Source of the DNA: a virus
Lineage: Duplodnaviria; Caudoviricetes
Direction: 5' to 3' (one strand)
Length of the DNA: 38,149 nucleotides
Virus record (IMG/VR): IMGVR_UViG_3300033076_000685
Location: 1 to 38,149 of that record
Position numbers and translations under genes: made by a program. This document shows positions 1 to 9,764 of this stretch, piece by piece. The number at the start of each line of letters is the position of its first letter. Position 1 is the stretch's first letter. The notes beneath the pieces were generated by a model. The model was not told the origin of the DNA. It made no database searches and was given only the letters and a program-made list of their open reading frames with translations.

Positions 1-106
1 AAACGTGCAGAAATTTTAGCTCCCATATGTCTGCGAAGACCTGCGAGGCGGTTTTGCGTGTTAGCTGTTTTTCGTCCTGCTCATTGAGTAGCGGGTTTGT
101 GCTCAT
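1..106 (-). CDS. Hypothetical protein, 5' part only (runs off the window); MSTNPLLNEQDEKQLTRKTASQVFADIWELKFLHV...
   Basis: ATG at 106 preceded by a GAGGA Shine-Dalgarno; open to the window edge; downstream of the holin. Not in the ORF track. Confidence 0.6.
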   Translation of the reverse strand, partial: MSTNPLLNEQDEKQLTRKTASQVFADIWELKFLHV

Positions 107-196
107 TGCGAAACTTCCTCGTGCGACAGCGTGGGCGGCAAATAACGTGGCCGGATCGGAAACACCTCCACGTGCGTGGAGAAAATTTGGATGCAG

Positions 197-631
197 CTAT
201 TTAGCTGCGACATTCTTAATTTTTTCAAAACTGCGCATGGCACCAAGCCCTAGCATCCCATAAAGCACCGGGCTAATTTGACTCTGATCAAACACGGGCA
301 ATGTTTTTAAATCAATCGGATAGCCAGCGGACGATAGGAAAAATATCAATAACGGCTGAATCACAAATTGCCACGCAAAAGCACTACCGCACACCCAACC
401 TATGAACGGCCTCCATCCACTCACAAAGCTATTTGTGTTTGCTGCCTCTGCTTTGTTTACGTCGATTTGCTGGCTGGCGTTTTGCCATTGACCCTCGATA
501 TCTTTAAGCTGTCCGGCGAGTTGCGCCTGCTCTAATGCGGCGCGCGCTTTATCGGCTTCGGTTTTGTCCGGCCAGATTTTATCGATACCATCTTTTATTA
601 AGTCGGCTACGCTATCCCACGGCATTCCCAT
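197..631 (-). CDS. Holin, 3TM/GTA-type (DUF3154-like)
   Basis: SGWRPFIGWVCG and YGMLGLGAMRSFEK motifs, hydrophobic segments, adjacent to the endolysin. Confidence 0.85.
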   Translation of the reverse strand: MGMPWDSVADLIKDGIDKIWPDKTEADKARAALEQAQLAGQLKDIEGQWQNASQQIDVNKAEAANTNSFVSGWRPFIGWVCGSAFAWQFVIQPLLIFFLSSAGYPIDLKTLPVFDQSQISPVLYGMLGLGAMRSFEKIKNVAAK

Positions 632-639
632 GTATCACC

Positions 640-1122
640 TCACATGTAATAGGTTGACAGTTTCCCAGTTTGCATCATGGCGCGGTTTCGCATCATGCGC
701 GATGCGGTATCAGGATCGCGCCCAGCTTGCGAGTCGACGATCTCATCACCGGCTTTGCCAAAGTCACCGCTATTGATAGCCGCCCACATGCCCTTGAACG
801 CAACGCACCCAGTGACACCCATTTGATGGCACATTGATAAAATAACAGCCTGGCGAACGTCATTAAGCGCCAGAAAAACGGGCTGAATACTTGCGATTCT
901 GCTCCAGTAATCCTGCAGCAAGGCGGCCAGCTTTTCGGCTTGCTTATCTTTCGGCATGGTTATGTTGGGTAGAGGGGCATTTTTAGGTAAATAATTGCCA
1001 TCTGACCCAATACAGCGAAACCCGATACCAATAGTGGGAAAACCTTTTGAATCGTAATAAGGCTTTTTTCTTGAGCCTTCGTCGAGCATAAGTATTTGCG
1101 CAGCTGTTTTAAAGTTTTGCAT
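640..1122 (-). CDS. Endolysin, T4-like lysozyme (GH24)
   Basis: DEGSRKKPYYDSKGFPTIGIG carries the E-x8-D-x5-T triad; RQAVILSMCHQMGVTG helix. Confidence 0.9.
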   Translation of the reverse strand: MQNFKTAAQILMLDEGSRKKPYYDSKGFPTIGIGFRCIGSDGNYLPKNAPLPNITMPKDKQAEKLAALLQDYWSRIASIQPVFLALNDVRQAVILSMCHQMGVTGCVAFKGMWAAINSGDFGKAGDEIVDSQAGRDPDTASRMMRNRAMMQTGKLSTYYM

Positions 1123-1139
1123 AGATTTTCAATTACCAA

Positions 1140-3212
1140 TTAAGATTTAACAAGGTTGAAGCATATACCTTCAAGCGAAAACCATGTCGTGGGAACGGCT
1201 AAAAGTATCACATCACCGCTAGTGTCAATCGATAATCCTACAGGACCCGCATCGCTTCTCCCAACAATAAAAACCGTTCTGTTTGGTCTATATCCAGCAG
1301 GCAAAACCACACACGTAGTGGATACCGATCCATTTGGCTCTATTATCCCGTCAAGCGTAACAATATTGCCAATTTTTTGAGCTTGCGCTTTAAACGCCGT
1401 ATTATTTGTGTATGCGCGCCATGTGCTGTTATATGTTGCATCAGCTCGCGTAGTGTAATAAGACGGAATAGGGGCTGGAGCTGTTGTCCGAAGATAGGGG
1501 TTATAAGTAACCCCAACCACATCACAAACAGTCTCCGCCATGATTCGATGGCCGACCGTATTGGGGTGAATTCCGTCAGAATAATAAGCAGATGTGCGCG
1601 ACAAAATAGATTTATCATTGCGAATCATTTGATAATTATTTGCATAACAAAATGTTGCAATTGCTGACGCATAATCATTATAAGTGTATCCCGCCTGTTG
1701 CGGCCAGGTGCTTTCGTTAGCCTTTGGCGGGATGCTGAACACATAAGTTACAGTGGTGCAAAGCGCATTTATTTGGCTAACGAGCGATGTCATTTGTGCT
1801 ACTACGTTAGCAGGACTTAACGCCTTGCCTGAGTTATACATGTTATTTGTGCCAAGATTTACGATCAGTATTTTTTCATTTGATGTGCGCTGAAAATTCA
1901 GATAATAAGCAATCTCAGTGATAGCTGCGCCGCCGGTATAATCTTGATAAGCATATCCAGCTTTACCAACGATATACATCAACGGGCTATTGTTGCTGCT
2001 TTTTAGTGTAAAAATGCCAGTTATTACAATGGTGCCGCCACTCGCCTGAAATGTGATAGTGTCGGATTCGGAGATGGCCGCCCCGCCATTAAGCATAGTT
2101 TGAAACGTATTTTTCAGCCCCGTCCCTGACATTGCGACCGTGTTGACTGTATTGCCATTAAGCTTTATCAAAAGGCTGCCAGTTGACGCGCTCGCATCAT
2201 AAATGGCGTCTGCGCTAACCACGGCGCGCCCTGTTATCGTTATAGTTTGCGTTGTTGCAAGAGAAATTCGATTAACAACAACGCCAGTTGCGCTGATTGA
2301 TCCGGTTGTTGCGACACCTGGCTCTGTGATGAAATTGGCCATGTTAATCGTGGTATGATAGCCGTAACCGCGATCATTGTCGAAACCATTATCCATCGCA
2401 TTCATAACCGAACGCGCGACGCTGTAAGAATACCCAGTCACAAAACTCGCAGCACCTGTTCCTTCGGTGATTGAGTCACCCAAAATCAAAATGCTTGGAG
2501 TGTTGCGCAAGGCGCCCTGCGCGCCGTTGTTTTGATTTTTGAAATTTTGATTAACCGTATCTCCAAAGCTGAAAGATGGGTAGCTCAGGAAAACGTCATG
2601 AGATGAGTAGCCGTCATCAGTAACCGCCCAATAAAAACCGGTTGTGCCACTGGTGTTATAGCTCCACCCGTCGCCGCCTGCCGATTTCGTTCCAGACTTT
2701 AAAATAAATTTTTGCGACCCTATTCCAGCGGTAGTGTTGCCGGTAGTGCTAACTATTTGATTGAGCACTCCGGGAGTGGTAGCTAAATCGGAAAACAAAG
2801 GCACAGGGCCTTTTCCAAAGGCAATCCAGTTTGCTGAAGACCCTGAATCAGGATCCGTTGTATTATCATCCGCAGTGCACAACCAAAAACCTGTAGCGGT
2901 CGAGTTTAATACCACTGCACCTTTAGGGTATCCGCCCACGGATGTAGAAAAACTGGAATCGTATTTATAAAAACCCCCGGCATTTTCCCATCGTGTATTG
3001 GCTGAAATCTCATAAAGAATCCCATTGAAGTCAGCCCCAAAAGGCGGCTGGCCGCCTGCCGCAATTTCTGTGAACGTTAAAGGGGGAAAGCCGTCAGTCA
3101 AAGATGCAGCACCGTTAACAATCCCTATCTGCGAGTTTACTGGGATGGTGTTCTTTGTGCCGCTATTTGCGAATGGTAGCGGAAGCTTTAAGGGTACATC
3201 AGCTGCTTTCAT
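1140..3212 (-). CDS. Tail fibre/spike with SGNH/GDSL esterase domain
   Basis: N-terminal baseplate anchor (PFANSG...GFPPLT...GGQPPFGADFNGIL); GDSITEG, NLGTNN and DGIHPN blocks; C-terminal LPAGYRP module; located after the baseplate genes. Confidence 0.85.
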   Translation of the reverse strand: MKAADVPLKLPLPFANSGTKNTIPVNSQIGIVNGAASLTDGFPPLTFTEIAAGGQPPFGADFNGILYEISANTRWENAGGFYKYDSSFSTSVGGYPKGAVVLNSTATGFWLCTADDNTTDPDSGSSANWIAFGKGPVPLFSDLATTPGVLNQIVSTTGNTTAGIGSQKFILKSGTKSAGGDGWSYNTSGTTGFYWAVTDDGYSSHDVFLSYPSFSFGDTVNQNFKNQNNGAQGALRNTPSILILGDSITEGTGAASFVTGYSYSVARSVMNAMDNGFDNDRGYGYHTTINMANFITEPGVATTGSISATGVVVNRISLATTQTITITGRAVVSADAIYDASASTGSLLIKLNGNTVNTVAMSGTGLKNTFQTMLNGGAAISESDTITFQASGGTIVITGIFTLKSSNNSPLMYIVGKAGYAYQDYTGGAAITEIAYYLNFQRTSNEKILIVNLGTNNMYNSGKALSPANVVAQMTSLVSQINALCTTVTYVFSIPPKANESTWPQQAGYTYNDYASAIATFCYANNYQMIRNDKSILSRTSAYYSDGIHPNTVGHRIMAETVCDVVGVTYNPYLRTTAPAPIPSYYTTRADATYNSTWRAYTNNTAFKAQAQKIGNIVTLDGIIEPNGSVSTTCVVLPAGYRPNRTVFIVGRSDAGPVGLSIDTSGDVILLAVPTTWFSLEGICFNLVKS

Positions 3213-3216
3213 AGTT

Positions 3217-3780
3217 TTACGCCAAGGTTATGATTACGCCAGCAGGGCGCGGGATTACGTTGTTATTTGCCAGTATCGCCACTTCGTAAGGTTGCAATGG
3301 GGTTTCGAAAACATACTGAACTTGCAGCGGGCCAATCTCTACACAATAAACTTTCTGATTAAATAAAATGCGCAGGAGCTTGTTATAGCTGTAAACACTG
3401 CCGTCAGAAATATTTGAAAGCGCTTTAACAAGGATGAGAACCCGAAATGCGCTATCAGAAAGAACTTGCGAGCTAGTTGCTGGCCCAGTGTAAAAAATAC
3501 CATGATTGAAGCTTTGATAATCCGCCGCTGCTAAAGATTGACCTTCTTCAAAACCTAAATAGGTGCTAGTTGGTTGTACATTCAATACTCTTGTGACGCC
3601 AACAATTCTGCCAAGAATATCAAGCCCAAAGCCTTGCGCGGTATCCACATCCCATACGTACGAATAAAAATTATCAATGTCAGCGTCGGGCGCAATACAA
3701 TCATCAAATGACTGTATAAACGCCTTTAATATAGGGCTATTCCCGTACTGACTGACGATTGTTTGTTGATAATTCTGCAT
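3217..3780 (-). CDS. Baseplate wedge protein (DUF2612-like)
   Basis: SQYGNSP, WDVDTAQGFGLDILGRIVGV and PRPAGV motifs; follows baseplate J. Confidence 0.85.
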   Translation of the reverse strand: MQNYQQTIVSQYGNSPILKAFIQSFDDCIAPDADIDNFYSYVWDVDTAQGFGLDILGRIVGVTRVLNVQPTSTYLGFEEGQSLAAADYQSFNHGIFYTGPATSSQVLSDSAFRVLILVKALSNISDGSVYSYNKLLRILFNQKVYCVEIGPLQVQYVFETPLQPYEVAILANNNVIPRPAGVIITLA

Positions 3781-3783
3781 CCA

Positions 3784-4992
3784 TTACACCTGTGTAACTG
3801 TGATGTTTAGGTCGCTAATTGTGGGATACTGGTTTATGTTCATGTTTACCGATGCAGCCGCGGGCGATGGTGCTGTACCGATTGTTATTGCAAGAACGTG
3901 ACAGCTTGCATCAACAGAGTTTACTGTCGAGTAATAGTCAGCCGCATAAACGGCAAAGCCTATTTGCACAGGGTCTGAACCATCAGCGCCAGTAAATGCA
4001 GCTATTATCGCGTTTTTAATCAGAGTATTTATATTGTAAGGAAGCGCGGTGCTTGCGCGAATCTGTACTGCAAAATAAATTGGCACATTCGTTGGTACAG
4101 TATAAGTAACGTCATAGCTTGGGTATGGTGTCTGATAGCTTGTATCATAAACAGTTACCGTGGTATTTCCGGCTGCATATGGTGTACCGACAGGTTTTAC
4201 TCTCCAAATCGCATAACCTATGTCTGTAGAGCTTCCTCCGACAACAGCAATATAAACAGAGTTGGCCGCGATAGTTACGCCGCCATAGGTAACGCTTGAC
4301 GATGTCGGATTATCCCTAACATAGCAGCTTAAAACGCCAGAAACAGCAAGCACGCGGGCACGTATGGCCCCGACATATCCATTTGCATAAATGGCCACGG
4401 AATTTCGGCGACGCTGCTCGAACTCGGCCCGAGTCTCTTCGTTTCGCCCGATAACTCCGGCTGATGCATTGGTTATGCTATCCCACCCCGGTATTGCCTG
4501 AAAAATTGTATCAAGTGCGGCAGGCGGGCACGCAATAGGCCCCGGTGTTGAGCATGTAAAATAAGCCACGCCCGTTCCGCCTGAAAGTGTAACAGGTGTT
4601 GTACAAACATATCGATCACCGGTTGAGCTGTTCACGGCTTGCGCACCAAGGGGTATATTCGTACCGTTAAGCCCTGAGCAGGTAGCCGCAACTACAGTAC
4701 CTGAAGATGGTATTCGAGTTAGAAAATATATTTTACCAATAGCATCTTGGAATCTTCCGGTTGCATTATCTGGATCAAATTGATTTACAAGATTGGCTAT
4801 CTCGGCATCTTTTGCGGCAATTATCGCAGCCAAGCTGGAAGCCAATTGACCTTGCGGGGTTTCTAATGATGGGTTTAGATTTCCACCAAACGCAGCATTA
4901 AAATCGGCCTGAACTCCAGCCAAAATTTCAGCCTCGGTCGGGACAGTAATGCCTGTTGACGAGAATGTGATTTGCGGTACGTTAGTTGCCAT
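3784..4992 (-). CDS. Baseplate J/gp47-like protein
   Basis: TPQGQLASS, DPDNATGRFQDAIG, GRNEETRAEFEQRR; size and synteny. Confidence 0.88.
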   Translation of the reverse strand: MATNVPQITFSSTGITVPTEAEILAGVQADFNAAFGGNLNPSLETPQGQLASSLAAIIAAKDAEIANLVNQFDPDNATGRFQDAIGKIYFLTRIPSSGTVVAATCSGLNGTNIPLGAQAVNSSTGDRYVCTTPVTLSGGTGVAYFTCSTPGPIACPPAALDTIFQAIPGWDSITNASAGVIGRNEETRAEFEQRRRNSVAIYANGYVGAIRARVLAVSGVLSCYVRDNPTSSSVTYGGVTIAANSVYIAVVGGSSTDIGYAIWRVKPVGTPYAAGNTTVTVYDTSYQTPYPSYDVTYTVPTNVPIYFAVQIRASTALPYNINTLIKNAIIAAFTGADGSDPVQIGFAVYAADYYSTVNSVDASCHVLAITIGTAPSPAAASVNMNINQYPTISDLNITVTQV

Positions 4993-5342
4993 TAAATATT
5001 GACCACCGTGGTTGTGCCGAAAATGTCAGTGACTTGCACTTGGCCAGATAATTTTCGCTTACTGAATTCCGTTAGATAGCAATCGGCAGATAAAACAGCC
5101 GGAACAGTCAAGGCGGCGTTAACGATTTGCGATTTAACAAACTCCATTGGAGGCCGCTCACCTAGTATCTGTTCAAAATAAAGAACGCCCTTAGCGGTAT
5201 CATACCATAATTCGCCAAAAAATAATCTACAGGCGCTAGCTACGTCCTGCGCTATGCTATAAGGCTGCGATGCCATGGCAATGTTTCCGTTAGCATCTAA
5301 CACCATGTCCCACGTTGCGGGATCTAAAAGAATTGTATTCAT
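4992..5342 (-). CDS. Baseplate wedge/sheath initiator (gp25-like)
   Basis: IAQDVASACRLFFGELWYDTAKGV motif; position between spike and baseplate J. Start moved to ATG 5342 (GAGG SD). Confidence 0.7.
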   Translation of the reverse strand: MNTILLDPATWDMVLDANGNIAMASQPYSIAQDVASACRLFFGELWYDTAKGVLYFEQILGERPPMEFVKSQIVNAALTVPAVLSADCYLTEFSKRKLSGQVQVTDIFGTTTVVNI

Positions 5343-5366
5343 GGATTGCCTCAAGTAGGTTTTTTA

Positions 5367-6164
5367 CTATGGAACATTCAGCGTGACCCCATTAACCTTC
5401 AAGCCTGACAGGCTTTCGATAGCATTTGATGCGGTTATTTTATTTGAGACAGTAACATTATTTGCGACAGTCAGATCTCCGGTAAGCGCAGTTGCGCCGG
5501 ATATATTTGCACCTGCCTGCCCAGTTATTCCGCCGGTAACAGTTAATGGACCATGAATGATCGTGTTGGGCGATGTCACATCCATCTTTGTCGATGCGTT
5601 CACTATGGCCTCAGGAGTGTTAACCGTTGCACTAGTCGATGCGTTTACCTCTACCAAAGGGGCTGTTACGGTTATTTTTGTTGGCGACAAAACTGTGATG
5701 CCATCCGCGTTAAACTGTATGTATTGTGACGGGGTTCCGTTTAGCATACCTCCGAAATACATTCCATCGGCCATGCTGTATTTTCGATTGCTTCCTGGCA
5801 ACGCCTCAGCCTTGGTCGATTTAACTTTCGACAGGTCGCGACTAGCAAATCCAGCCACACCAATATCGCCCGCCTCAGGATCAATAATGATGGCGTTTGC
5901 ACCGCCCTGAATCCGATGATAGGGGAGACCATAAATAGTTTCGTGCGAAACTGGATTTCCTTGGCCGTCAACTTGGGTTACCAGCGGTATCACATCAACA
6001 AAACCAACGGGCGATAAGTCGCCGCTGTTGGTGCATTTAACTACTTTCACAAGCGTCATGGTGTTGATGCGATTTATAATCTGCTCAACAACAAACGCCA
6101 TGGCATTGTATTCCCCCGCCATGTTTTTCGGGGTCATAGTTCCTTGATAGCCGCTAGCCGTCAC
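5367..6164 (-). CDS. Baseplate central spike (Gp138/gpV-like)
   Basis: N-terminal OB-like region (DPEAGDIG...RDLSKVK...RKYSMADGMYFGG) followed by a beta-rich C-terminus. Start moved to GTG 6164 after GGAGG. Confidence 0.8.
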   Translation of the reverse strand: MTASGYQGTMTPKNMAGEYNAMAFVVEQIINRINTMTLVKVVKCTNSGDLSPVGFVDVIPLVTQVDGQGNPVSHETIYGLPYHRIQGGANAIIIDPEAGDIGVAGFASRDLSKVKSTKAEALPGSNRKYSMADGMYFGGMLNGTPSQYIQFNADGITVLSPTKITVTAPLVEVNASTSATVNTPEAIVNASTKMDVTSPNTIIHGPLTVTGGITGQAGANISGATALTGDLTVANNVTVSNKITASNAIESLSGLKVNGVTLNVP

Positions 6165-7017
6165 GATTCCACACCTCCAAATTTGTAAACCATGGGCCGT
6201 CGGGCATTTCCGACGAAAGGAAATGCGAGACCTGAAAAATAACCCATGTGCCATTCGCCATTGGTATAGAGCTATTTTCTACCGTTATCTTTCCGCCAAC
6301 AACAGAAAACGGCAAAAATTCACACTGCAATAAAACCCCTTGCGATGAAAATGTGGGATAACCAACAAGCCCAGATTGAGGCGTTATAGTTGGTATCTGA
6401 CCAGCACGCGATCCATATTTCGGCCATATCGACAACGTGCCATTTTCGATAATGTAATCGATATCAGCAGCTTTTGCGCATTCCCGAATTTGATCGAGAG
6501 CGGAGCCTGGGAAGTAGGGCGATGATAAAACCTGATCAACACCATGATCAATAAAATTTAACTGCGCCTTACCTGCTAGATCTTGCATTATTACAGAAAC
6601 AGGCGATGCACCTTCGTAACTGCTTGGCGCAACAGTCATGACAGCGGCGCCCATTGCGGAGTAAGCAAGGATATTCAATGACACATCAGGGGCGCTCGCA
6701 AAATCTCCGAAGGCTTGCCATATTGTGCCGGAGTACACCGTTGATAGTGTTCCATTTTCATCGCCAGCCGCAACCTGAACAGTATTTTGACCGCGTATTT
6801 CGGTCATTATAGGGCCAATGGTCGTGAGCTGATTTATTAAATCAAATGACAGCCCGTATATTTTTGCGTGCATCTCGCCTTGCGCGTCGCCGCCATATGC
6901 AGAAATTGAAATCAGGGCACGATGCCCTGACAGTACAACCGTATTACCCTTGTCATTGCCGAATTGACCAGTGCCAAGTGTTATAGTGATTTGCAGCTCG
7001 CGCTTTGCGAAACTCAT
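6154..7017 (-). CDS. Baseplate hub protein
   Basis: GLVGYPTF motif, size, and position between the plug-like gene and the spike. Confidence 0.7.
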   Translation of the reverse strand: MSFAKRELQITITLGTGQFGNDKGNTVVLSGHRALISISAYGGDAQGEMHAKIYGLSFDLINQLTTIGPIMTEIRGQNTVQVAAGDENGTLSTVYSGTIWQAFGDFASAPDVSLNILAYSAMGAAVMTVAPSSYEGASPVSVIMQDLAGKAQLNFIDHGVDQVLSSPYFPGSALDQIRECAKAADIDYIIENGTLSIWPKYGSRAGQIPTITPQSGLVGYPTFSSQGVLLQCEFLPFSVVGGKITVENSSIPMANGTWVIFQVSHFLSSEMPDGPWFTNLEVWNRDG

Positions 7018-7307
7018 TCAAGGTAACCCAATAAGAAGCGAGAGCCGAGCCCAGTGTAAACTGGATCGCTAACGCCTTGCGTATCAAAAAAAGCTAAATC
7101 GCCAATAAATCCAAGGTATTCAAGTTGCACAAGTCGAACTCTATCGTGGCACAATACGCACGTAATTATCGCCCTGCCTTGCACGGACAAATCAAGATAA
7201 ATGAGATTATCAGGGCCGAGCGTATACACGGAAATGTTGCAATTCTGGCCAGATAAAATCACATTCAAATTTTGCGAAGGAACTGCCGATAATGGAATTA
7301 TTTTCAT
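7014..7307 (-). CDS. Small baseplate (plug-like) protein
   Basis: IPLSAVPSQ...YLGFIGDLAFFDTQGVSDPVYTGLGSRF; synteny. Confidence 0.65.
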   Translation of the reverse strand: MKIIPLSAVPSQNLNVILSGQNCNISVYTLGPDNLIYLDLSVQGRAIITCVLCHDRVRLVQLEYLGFIGDLAFFDTQGVSDPVYTGLGSRFLLGYLE

Positions 7308-8008
7308 TGCACGTAATCCACGCTCATCATGTTTCCCGCAGCAGCAGAGGCGGCTTGTTCAAGAGCTGACACAGACCCATTATTAACTGTAGCCGCTGCG
7401 CTTGGTGTCTTTACATTTGATACATCGGCCAACCCAGTTGATGTATTCGGTTGTGTTTGCTCATTTGATGGTACAGTCGTTGATAGCTGAGCCCCTGATC
7501 TTGTTTGCGAATAACTTATTGCCGGGGTGATTCTTACCTCGCGAAAATTTATGACTGCAATAATCATATTGGCGCCATTTTGTGTCCTGCGCTCATAGCC
7601 ATAATTTTCAATAACGGCATTAAAAAAGCTTTTCTCTGGGGTGACAATTGTTAGCCCTGAAAGCCCCAGCGCGATTGACTCTAATGTGTTCAGGAATGCC
7701 GTGCGCTGCGCCTGTGTTCCGCCTTGCGCCAGTGTTACAGACGAATTGTAGGGCGTCGCAATCTTATTGTAAGACGCAAAAGCATCTTTTTCGCATGGAT
7801 AATCTGAGATGCGCCAATTATTTCTGTAATCAACACTAACAAAAGTATCCGCATTAATGACTCTATTGCCTTTCGCGTCAAATATCCCCCAAATTTGATT
7901 CGCAGGTGTTACAAAATAATCGCGCAACGCGACTAAGCCGGTCGAAATAAGCGTGCGTTGTATTGTCGATTTTAGCGGTGGAACTCCAGGCAAAAATGGG
8001 ATAGCCAT
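7304..8008 (-). CDS. Tail tube initiator/Dit-like baseplate protein
   Basis: ISDYPCEKDAFASYNK motif; immediately downstream of the TMP. Confidence 0.65.
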   Translation of the reverse strand: MAIPFLPGVPPLKSTIQRTLISTGLVALRDYFVTPANQIWGIFDAKGNRVINADTFVSVDYRNNWRISDYPCEKDAFASYNKIATPYNSSVTLAQGGTQAQRTAFLNTLESIALGLSGLTIVTPEKSFFNAVIENYGYERRTQNGANMIIAVINFREVRITPAISYSQTRSGAQLSTTVPSNEQTQPNTSTGLADVSNVKTPSAAATVNNGSVSALEQAASAAAGNMMSVDYVQ

Positions 8009-8030
8009 TATTTATCACCATAACCATGCA

Positions 8031-9530
8031 TTAATTTACGCCCGTATTTGCTTGCGGGACAAACATATACTTCTCAATAGCAGGGCGGGCATCTTTTGCC
8101 ATTGCGCCAGCATCAGTGGCCTGCGTATGAATGTTAATGCTATTGACATTAACTTCTGATGTCGTTGTGCTTGTGCTGTTTCTAATATTGGATGCCGAGC
8201 GTGCTGGTGATGACTGCGCCGCAGCATCTATGCTCATCATATTACCAGATTCAGCAGAGGCGGCCTGCAACAATTTAAATCTATGCATTGTTTCAAGTGC
8301 TTCTTTTGCGTCTTTACTGCCCATTATTGCGGTCAATTCAGTTATCTTTTCGCCAAGAAAATCACCGAATTCGGTCCCTTCAACAAAGTTTTTATTGACC
8401 CATTCACCAAGCTTATACCCAGCAATAGCTGCAATAGCCGAACTTGCAAGTCCTGCCGCAGAAGCTATTGATGTGACGGTAGCCAAGACTGAGCCAAGAC
8501 CACCCAATAGCGACGCAAACTTGATGGCAACCAATCCCTCAAAAACATTTTTCCAGCCACCAAGGGCTTGCGCTACGTCATTGATAGCGCTTGCAAACGA
8601 AATAAAAGCAGGAATTGCCGCATTTACCCAATTAAGGATGTCAACGCGGTGCGCGGAAACCCAGTTGCCGAGCTGCTGAAAAGCATTTAATAGTCGGTCG
8701 AAGACAGGGATTAAATTCAGAAGAACAGTTCGCCCGGTATCGAGGAAAGTGTTTTTCAGCGCATTAAATTTTGCCTGCAATTGCGCTGCTGCCTCAGCGC
8801 TTTGCTTTGTCATCCCAGAGGATGCGCCAAGGCGAGAAACCTGCGACGTAATCGCACCTGGGCCCTGCTTTAAGAGGTTAAACTCAGCAGCCCCAATGCC
8901 CATGAAGGCTTGCGCCTGATACATGGCAACCGCTTCTCCACGCTGTTTTGCTATCTTTTGGATTAAAGCAGACTGAGCCAGTAAAAACGATTGTGCACTT
9001 GATAGCTCGCCGCCGCTAATCGAGCCGCCCATTTGCAAAAAGCCTTGAATTTCAGGCGATGCGCGGCCAGACTTAAACGCGCCAATGGCATTACTTGCGC
9101 GAGTGAGCGAATTTGTTGCATCCTCTGCCGTGCCGCCAACATTCTCAAATGCGCGCTGCCACCCGACAATGGTTTGAATGGATTCGCCAATATTGGCAGA
9201 AAGTCGCCCGACGCTAGCAGCCGTTGAAATGGTGTCAGAAGTAAATCTAGCAAGGCCAACACCACCGGTAACAAGAGCCGCGACACCTATAAGCTGATTG
9301 CGAATATCACGGATTGCATCTACGGTTTTTTTGCTTCCGTCCTGAAATTGTTTGACGCGTTTGCGCTCCTCATCCAAAACTTTTTTTTCGGTAGATGCGC
9401 GCTCTTTGGCGTTTTTCTGTGTGTTTTTTGTTAAGTCGTCCTGCGCTTTTTCTGCACCCTTGACGCCTTTTTGAAACCCTGATGAGTCCAAACCAAGAGT
9501 GACAAGTAAACTGTCAATAATTGTAGCCAC
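8031..9530 (-). CDS. Tape measure protein
   Basis: ATIIDSLLVTLGLD N-terminus, Ala/Gly-rich helical composition with hydrophobic segments, follows the chaperone genes. Confidence 0.85.
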   Translation of the reverse strand: MATIIDSLLVTLGLDSSGFQKGVKGAEKAQDDLTKNTQKNAKERASTEKKVLDEERKRVKQFQDGSKKTVDAIRDIRNQLIGVAALVTGGVGLARFTSDTISTAASVGRLSANIGESIQTIVGWQRAFENVGGTAEDATNSLTRASNAIGAFKSGRASPEIQGFLQMGGSISGGELSSAQSFLLAQSALIQKIAKQRGEAVAMYQAQAFMGIGAAEFNLLKQGPGAITSQVSRLGASSGMTKQSAEAAAQLQAKFNALKNTFLDTGRTVLLNLIPVFDRLLNAFQQLGNWVSAHRVDILNWVNAAIPAFISFASAINDVAQALGGWKNVFEGLVAIKFASLLGGLGSVLATVTSIASAAGLASSAIAAIAGYKLGEWVNKNFVEGTEFGDFLGEKITELTAIMGSKDAKEALETMHRFKLLQAASAESGNMMSIDAAAQSSPARSASNIRNSTSTTTSEVNVNSINIHTQATDAGAMAKDARPAIEKYMFVPQANTGVN

Positions 9531-9533
9531 TTG

Positions 9534-9764
9534 TCACCCCTTTGGTTCAGATAAAATTCGAGTGTTGTGGTTGTCAACCATAATCACCTCGATCATATCA
9601 TAGACATCTTCTACACCATAAATAGTTTGCAATTCTGCCAGCGTGGCCTGCTTGTGAGACAGGCATATCGCAATGGTTTTTGGCACGTTGGCATAATTTA
9701 CTAGCCGCGCATTGAAACCTTTAGCTATTCCGAAATCGATGCGGCGGCGGGTGTAGAAAAATTT
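9534..9764 (-). CDS. Tail assembly chaperone C-terminal (-1 frameshift, gpT-like) segment
   Basis: The -1 frame is open from slippery A AAT TTT (9764-9758) to TGA at 9534: FYTRRRIDFG...ATLAELQTIYGVEDVYDMIEVIMVDNHN...PKG*. Not in the ORF track. Confidence 0.8.
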   Translation of the reverse strand, partial: KFFYTRRRIDFGIAKGFNARLVNYANVPKTIAICLSHKQATLAELQTIYGVEDVYDMIEVIMVDNHNTRILSEPKG

